Part shown: positions 59,742 to 64,000 of the stretch, piece by piece
Numbering within the stretch: position 1 is the first letter of the stretch
How the letters are laid out: each line of letters opens with the position of its first letter
NCBI GenBank assembly: GCA_963804645.1
Contig: CAWDRG010000004.1
Coordinates: 132,940-196,939 of the forward strand
Direction: 5' to 3'
Length of the DNA stretch: 64,000 nucleotides
Source: an uncultured Bacillota bacterium
GTDB taxonomy: Bacteria; Sysuimicrobiota; Sysuimicrobiia; Sysuimicrobiales; Segetimicrobiaceae
Position numbers and translations under genes: made by a program
Notes under the pieces: generated by a model
What the model saw: the letters and a program-made list of their open reading frames with translations, nothing else
What the model was told of the DNA's origin: nothing
Database searches by the model: none

Positions 59742-61013
59742 CTACCTGACCGTGACCTCAATGCTCGATGGATCCGACTGCACCCCGTCCACAATCTGTG
59801 TTGCGGCGACGACGTATGGGAACGATACCAACGGCAGCGACTGCACGTTCATGGAAACGGCCCATGCGCCGTCACCATCGGCCCGCGTGGTCGCCTGGAC
59901 GATCTGCCCGAGGAGCCGCGGCTCCGCGGTGACGATGACCGTGGCGCCGGGCCGCGCGCGCCCGCTGACGACAAACGTGTTGCCCACGCTCGCAGCATTG
60001 GCTGGCGAAACGATACCCGGAGCGCTGAGGCCGACCGGTGCCGGGGCGGTCGTCGACACGGGGAACGTCACGTTCACCTCATACGCCTGGTTCGTGCCTT
60101 GCACCAGGGAGAAACGGGCAATCCGTCCGGGCTGGATGACCTCGAACCCGGCACTCTGCCCGTTGAGGGTGACCTGCGCGTCGGGCAGCACGATGTACGA
60201 ATCACCGTTTGCCAGTCTCACGGTTCGGTCGGTCACGACCGCGATGCGCCCTCCCAACACCGCGCGATACGTCGCCGTGATCTTCGCCGCTTGTCCTTGA
60301 TCGTTCATCTGGATCGCCACCGTATCGCCGCTGCGGATCGCGCCGAGCGCCGCAGAACCGCCGGAGTTCGTCCGCACAGTGTAGCGATAGATCGCGGTAC
60401 CCGCCGTCACCGGCACCGTCACGTCTTGTCCATCGCTCCGCACCACGAGCGACGGGGTCGGCCCCAAATTGACGGCAACCACCTGGCCGGATATCGTCTG
60501 CGCGGCGGGCGTCGGATACAGCGGCGCGCGGTTGGACGGCACCGTCACCGGTACCGCGGCGACCGCGCCGTTCGTGGCGATCAGAATCGTCTCACTCGCC
60601 TCGAACCACTGCACCTGCGCCCCCAACGCCTCGCTGATGAACCGGAGCGGCACCATCGTGCGCCCGCTGATGGTGAACGCGGGGACGTCGAGCATCTCGG
60701 GCACTCCGTTCACCAGCGCCTGCCGTGAGCCTACGGTCAGCTGCACGTTCTGCGAGCCATCCGTTGCATTGATCTGCTGCGTGACGGGATTGTAGTCCAC
60801 GGTCGCGCCGAGACTCTCGAAAATGCCACGCAGCGGCACCAGGACGCGCCCCTGGATGATGGTCGGCGGCACGTCGAAGTTGAGAACCTGCCCATTCGCA
60901 TACACAGTGATCGGTGTGATCGGCTGGGCGACGGCGATGCGCGGCGCAGTCCGCGCCAGGATAGCCCCCGCGACCACGCCCACGACAAGTATCGGGCTGA
61001 GAGTCCGTGTCAT
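59742..61013 (-). CDS. secreted copper amine oxidase N-terminal (stalk) domain protein
   Basis: FDVPP.I.QGRVLVPLRGIFESLGA.V and GRTMVPLRFISEALGAQV.W motifs; AGGAGG RBS. Confidence 0.88.
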   Translation of the reverse strand: MTRTLSPILVVGVVAGAILARTAPRIAVAQPITPITVYANGQVLNFDVPPTIIQGRVLVPLRGIFESLGATVDYNPVTQQINATDGSQNVQLTVGSRQALVNGVPEMLDVPAFTISGRTMVPLRFISEALGAQVQWFEASETILIATNGAVAAVPVTVPSNRAPLYPTPAAQTISGQVVAVNLGPTPSLVVRSDGQDVTVPVTAGTAIYRYTVRTNSGGSAALGAIRSGDTVAIQMNDQGQAAKITATYRAVLGGRIAVVTDRTVRLANGDSYIVLPDAQVTLNGQSAGFEVIQPGRIARFSLVQGTNQAYEVNVTFPVSTTAPAPVGLSAPGIVSPANAASVGNTFVVSGRARPGATVIVTAEPRLLGQIVQATTRADGDGAWAVSMNVQSLPLVSFPYVVAATQIVDGVQSDPSSIEVTVR

Positions 61014-61274
61014 ATCGTCCCTCCTAAGTTGCTGGCGTTCGGTTTCAGTAGTGCTGTGCTCCAAAATCCCGGTGTTAGGGACGTTCCCGGCTGGCCATCC
61101 GCGTTGCTCGAAAACCCACTGACTACGATACGCCGTTCGTCGGAAATCTAACGTTTGGGCGGATATGTGGGCATGATAGTTTACCCGTGCTGCGCGTGAA
61201 TTGTTTGGACATGTCGAGCCGGGGAAGAAATTATCCAGATCGCCATCATGCGGCAACAAAAGGAGGACACCATC

Positions 61275-61547
61275 ATGCGGAAAGCTGGGATTCTCGCATT
61301 CGGTATTTTACTGTTGACGGCGGCGACCACCGGGGTCACGTTGGCCCAAGGAACTCAGCCGAATGCGCCCACTCGGCCCGGTACGGGGACGCAGTATCCG
61401 GACGTTTCGGGCGTGCAGGCGTTCAGCGCCGCGTCGAATTACATGTCGCTTGCTGGATACCTGCGGTACCTGACCTACCAGCAGACAGACCAGTGGCTGA
61501 CGCAGGCTGAAGCGACGCGGATCGTCGCGCAGCAAACCGGACACTGA
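61275..61547 (+). CDS. small secreted hypothetical protein
   Basis: AGGAGG RBS, signal peptide, NYMSLAGYLRY segment. Confidence 0.7.
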   Translation: MRKAGILAFGILLLTAATTGVTLAQGTQPNAPTRPGTGTQYPDVSGVQAFSAASNYMSLAGYLRYLTYQQTDQWLTQAEATRIVAQQTGH

Positions 61548-61641
61548 ACTAAACGTAGTGCTGACTGTGCACGGCGGTCATCAGCGGGATCATGCGGACA
61601 CGTCGCCGATAGGCGACACCGCAGGGGAAAGTCCATACCGT

Positions 61642-63564
61642 ATGACCGACATCTTCGCTCCCCCGCGCGACACTCGCGATGTGCTGCTGGGCGCGGTCCC
61701 CTCTCCGGACGGGACGCGTTTCCGGGTCTGGGCGCCGCTCGCGCGCCGACTCGACGTGGTGTTCGAGCATCGCGGTCTGCGACATTCGCTCGACGCGGAG
61801 GGCGACGGGTACTTCTCGGGTCTCGTGCCCGACGCGGCGGCGGGTGATCGCTACAAATTTCTGCTGGACGGTCGCGACGCGTTTCCGGATCCGACCTCTC
61901 GCTATCAACCCGCGGGCCCGTACGGCCCTTCCGAAATCGTCGATCCCACAGCGTACCAGTGGAGCTCCGCCGAGGCTGGCTGGACGGGCGTCTCCCTTCG
62001 CGGACAGGTGCTGTACGAACTGCACATTGGAACGTTCACGCCTGACGGGACGTTCCTATCGGCCATCGGTGAGTTCGCGCGGCTGCGCGACCTCGGCATC
62101 ACGGTGCTCGAATGCATGCCGCTGGCTGAGTTTGCCGGGGACGTGGGCTGGGGCTACGACGGCGTGCAGCTGTTTGCGCCGTTCCATCGGTACGGCAGGC
62201 CCGACGATCTGCGGCGCATGATTGATGCCGCGCACCAGCACGGATTGGGCGTGCTGCTGGATGTGGTCTACAATCATTTCGGGCCCGAGGGGAATTACCT
62301 GACGAAATACGCCCCGGACTATTTTTCGCGGCACGAGACCGAGTGGGGGGACGCCATCAACTTTGACGGCGAGAACAGCGGGCCCGTGCGTCAATATTTT
62401 TGCGCCAACGCCGCATACTGGATCGCGGATTACCATTTCGATGGCCTCCGGCTCGATGCGACACAGGCGATGCACGACAACGGCGCGCACGGCCGCCACA
62501 TCATCGCCGAGATCGGGAGCGCCGCGCGTCGCGCCGCCGGCGCGCGGGACACGATCCTCGTGGCTGAGAACGAGCCGCAGGACAGCGCCCTGATCCGTCC
62601 GCTCGACCAGCACGGCTACGGCCTCGACGGCGTGTGGAACGATGATTTTCACCACAGCGCCCTCGTCGCGCTCACCGGCCGGCGCGAGGCGTACTTCAGC
62701 GATCACCTGGGGCGCCCGCAGGAGTTCATCTCGACCGCCAAGTACGGCTACCTGTACCAAGGCCAGTATTACGACTGGCAGCAGCAGCCCCGGGGGACCG
62801 CCGCGCTGCGTCAGGATCCCCACGCGTTCATCACCTTCTTGGAGAACCACGATCAGGTCGCGAATTTCGACTCGGGCGCGCACCTGCGGCACCTGTCCAG
62901 CCCCGGCCGGTATCGTGCGATGACGGCGCTGTGGCTGTTGAGTCCCGGCACGCCGATGTTCTTTCAAGGCCAGGAGTACGGTGCCGAGACCCCGTTTCAC
63001 TACTTCGCCGGGCACACCGGCGAGCTCAGCCGCGCCGTGACCGAAGGCCGCCGCAAGTTTCTCCTGCAGTTCGCGAACCGCGACACGGCGGAGATGCACG
63101 GGTGCTTCAAGAACCCCGCGGACCGCGAGACATTTCTCTCGTGCCGGCTCGATCCCGCCGAGCAGCAGCGGCATCCGGAGATCGTGCGGCTGCATGCCGA
63201 CCTGCTCGCCCTGCGTCGGCACGACCCCGTGTTCCGGACGGCGACACCCATTGACGGCGCGGTGCTCGGAGACGGCTGTTTCGTGCTGCGGTACGTGGCC
63301 CCGAGCCACGACGACCGTCTCCTGGTGGTCAACCTTGGGGTGGGTCTGGATCTGCCGCATCTGCCCGAACCGCTGGTGGCGCCGCCCACCGGCCATCAAT
63401 GGCAGGTGCGGTGGTCGAGCGAGTGGCCGCAGTACGGCGGGTGGGGGGCCGCGGCGCCGGGGCGGTTCGGCGCGTGGCACGTCGCCGGCGAGTGCGCGCA
63501 GCTGCTCGTGCCCGCGGCCCGTCCCTTCACGCCCGATCCCCCGAAGCGCGGCATCGACGTGTAA
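61642..63564 (+). CDS. treZ: malto-oligosyltrehalose trehalohydrolase (GH13)
   Basis: FRVWAP, YELHIGTFT, WGYDGV, DVVYNHFGP, DGLRLDA, WNDDFHH and NHDQVAN motifs. Confidence 0.93.
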   Translation: MTDIFAPPRDTRDVLLGAVPSPDGTRFRVWAPLARRLDVVFEHRGLRHSLDAEGDGYFSGLVPDAAAGDRYKFLLDGRDAFPDPTSRYQPAGPYGPSEIVDPTAYQWSSAEAGWTGVSLRGQVLYELHIGTFTPDGTFLSAIGEFARLRDLGITVLECMPLAEFAGDVGWGYDGVQLFAPFHRYGRPDDLRRMIDAAHQHGLGVLLDVVYNHFGPEGNYLTKYAPDYFSRHETEWGDAINFDGENSGPVRQYFCANAAYWIADYHFDGLRLDATQAMHDNGAHGRHIIAEIGSAARRAAGARDTILVAENEPQDSALIRPLDQHGYGLDGVWNDDFHHSALVALTGRREAYFSDHLGRPQEFISTAKYGYLYQGQYYDWQQQPRGTAALRQDPHAFITFLENHDQVANFDSGAHLRHLSSPGRYRAMTALWLLSPGTPMFFQGQEYGAETPFHYFAGHTGELSRAVTEGRRKFLLQFANRDTAEMHGCFKNPADRETFLSCRLDPAEQQRHPEIVRLHADLLALRRHDPVFRTATPIDGAVLGDGCFVLRYVAPSHDDRLLVVNLGVGLDLPHLPEPLVAPPTGHQWQVRWSSEWPQYGGWGAAAPGRFGAWHVAGECAQLLVPAARPFTPDPPKRGIDV

Positions 63565-63573
63565 CGAGAGACG

Positions 63574-64000
63574 ATGCCGACCGTGACGCCGACGATGGCG
63601 ATTTTCCGCGCGCCGCAGCTGGTGCGGCAGGTCGAGGTACATCACACCTCCGCGGACCTCGACCGCGAATGGATCGTCACGAACGGTCTCGGCGGCTACG
63701 CGTCCGGGACGATCGCCGGTCTCAACACGCGGCGCTTTCACGGCTGGCTGATCGCCGCGCTGCCGGCCCCGTATGGGCGCATGATGATGTTGAATCAACT
63801 CGTCGAGACCCTCCGGATCGACGACCGCATCTATGAGCTCACGGCCGAGAATTTGAGCCGGGCCACCTACGACGATACCGTCAGTCCGTTCTTGACGAGC
63901 TTTCGACTCGAGCACGGCCTGCCGGTGTTCATCTACGAGGGCGACGGGTTCACGCTCGAGAAGCGCGTGTGCCTGGTGCGCGCGCAGAACACCACCTACA
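63574..64000 (+). CDS. amylo-alpha-1,6-glucosidase / glycogen debranching enzyme, N-terminal part (runs off window)
   Basis: REWIVTNGLGGYASGT..G.NTRR.HG.L.AA motif. Confidence 0.88.
   Translation, partial: MPTVTPTMAIFRAPQLVRQVEVHHTSADLDREWIVTNGLGGYASGTIAGLNTRRFHGWLIAALPAPYGRMMMLNQLVETLRIDDRIYELTAENLSRATYDDTVSPFLTSFRLEHGLPVFIYEGDGFTLEKRVCLVRAQNTTY

Overview
High-GC bacterial window that is mostly accessory DNA. (1) 0.1-25 kb: a broken selC (5' half only), 3' fragments of tRNA-Pro and tRNA-Arg, group II intron pieces, and a catabolic block. The block holds an NAD-dependent amine/diaminopentanoate dehydrogenase-like gene, gamma-glutamyltransferase, two peptide-type ABC systems and two hydantoinase/5-oxoprolinase A+B pairs, and ends in IS630 and IS110 remnants. 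(2) 25.2-26.0 kb: an apparently complete ORF-less group II intron. (3) 26-30.7 kb: a tandemly duplicated pair of membrane proteins with degenerate HD-GYP domains. (4) 30.7-55.8 kb: a leftward, partly decayed phage/plasmid/ICE-like module (sigma-70 factor, two beta-clamp paralogues, DnaG-like primase, four TA modules, RecT-like protein, Uma2, SF1 helicase, LigD-like and UDG-like pseudogenes). An IS21 sits inside it, and its istA is split by a 2.76 kb three-gene large-serine-recombinase element whose att site lies inside the recombinase 3' end. (5) 55.8-64 kb: stress/housekeeping genes (ppa, DUF296, treZ, glycogen debranching enzyme). All family assignments are by motif recognition from memory, with no database search. 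Many single-base frameshifts may be decay or assembly error.
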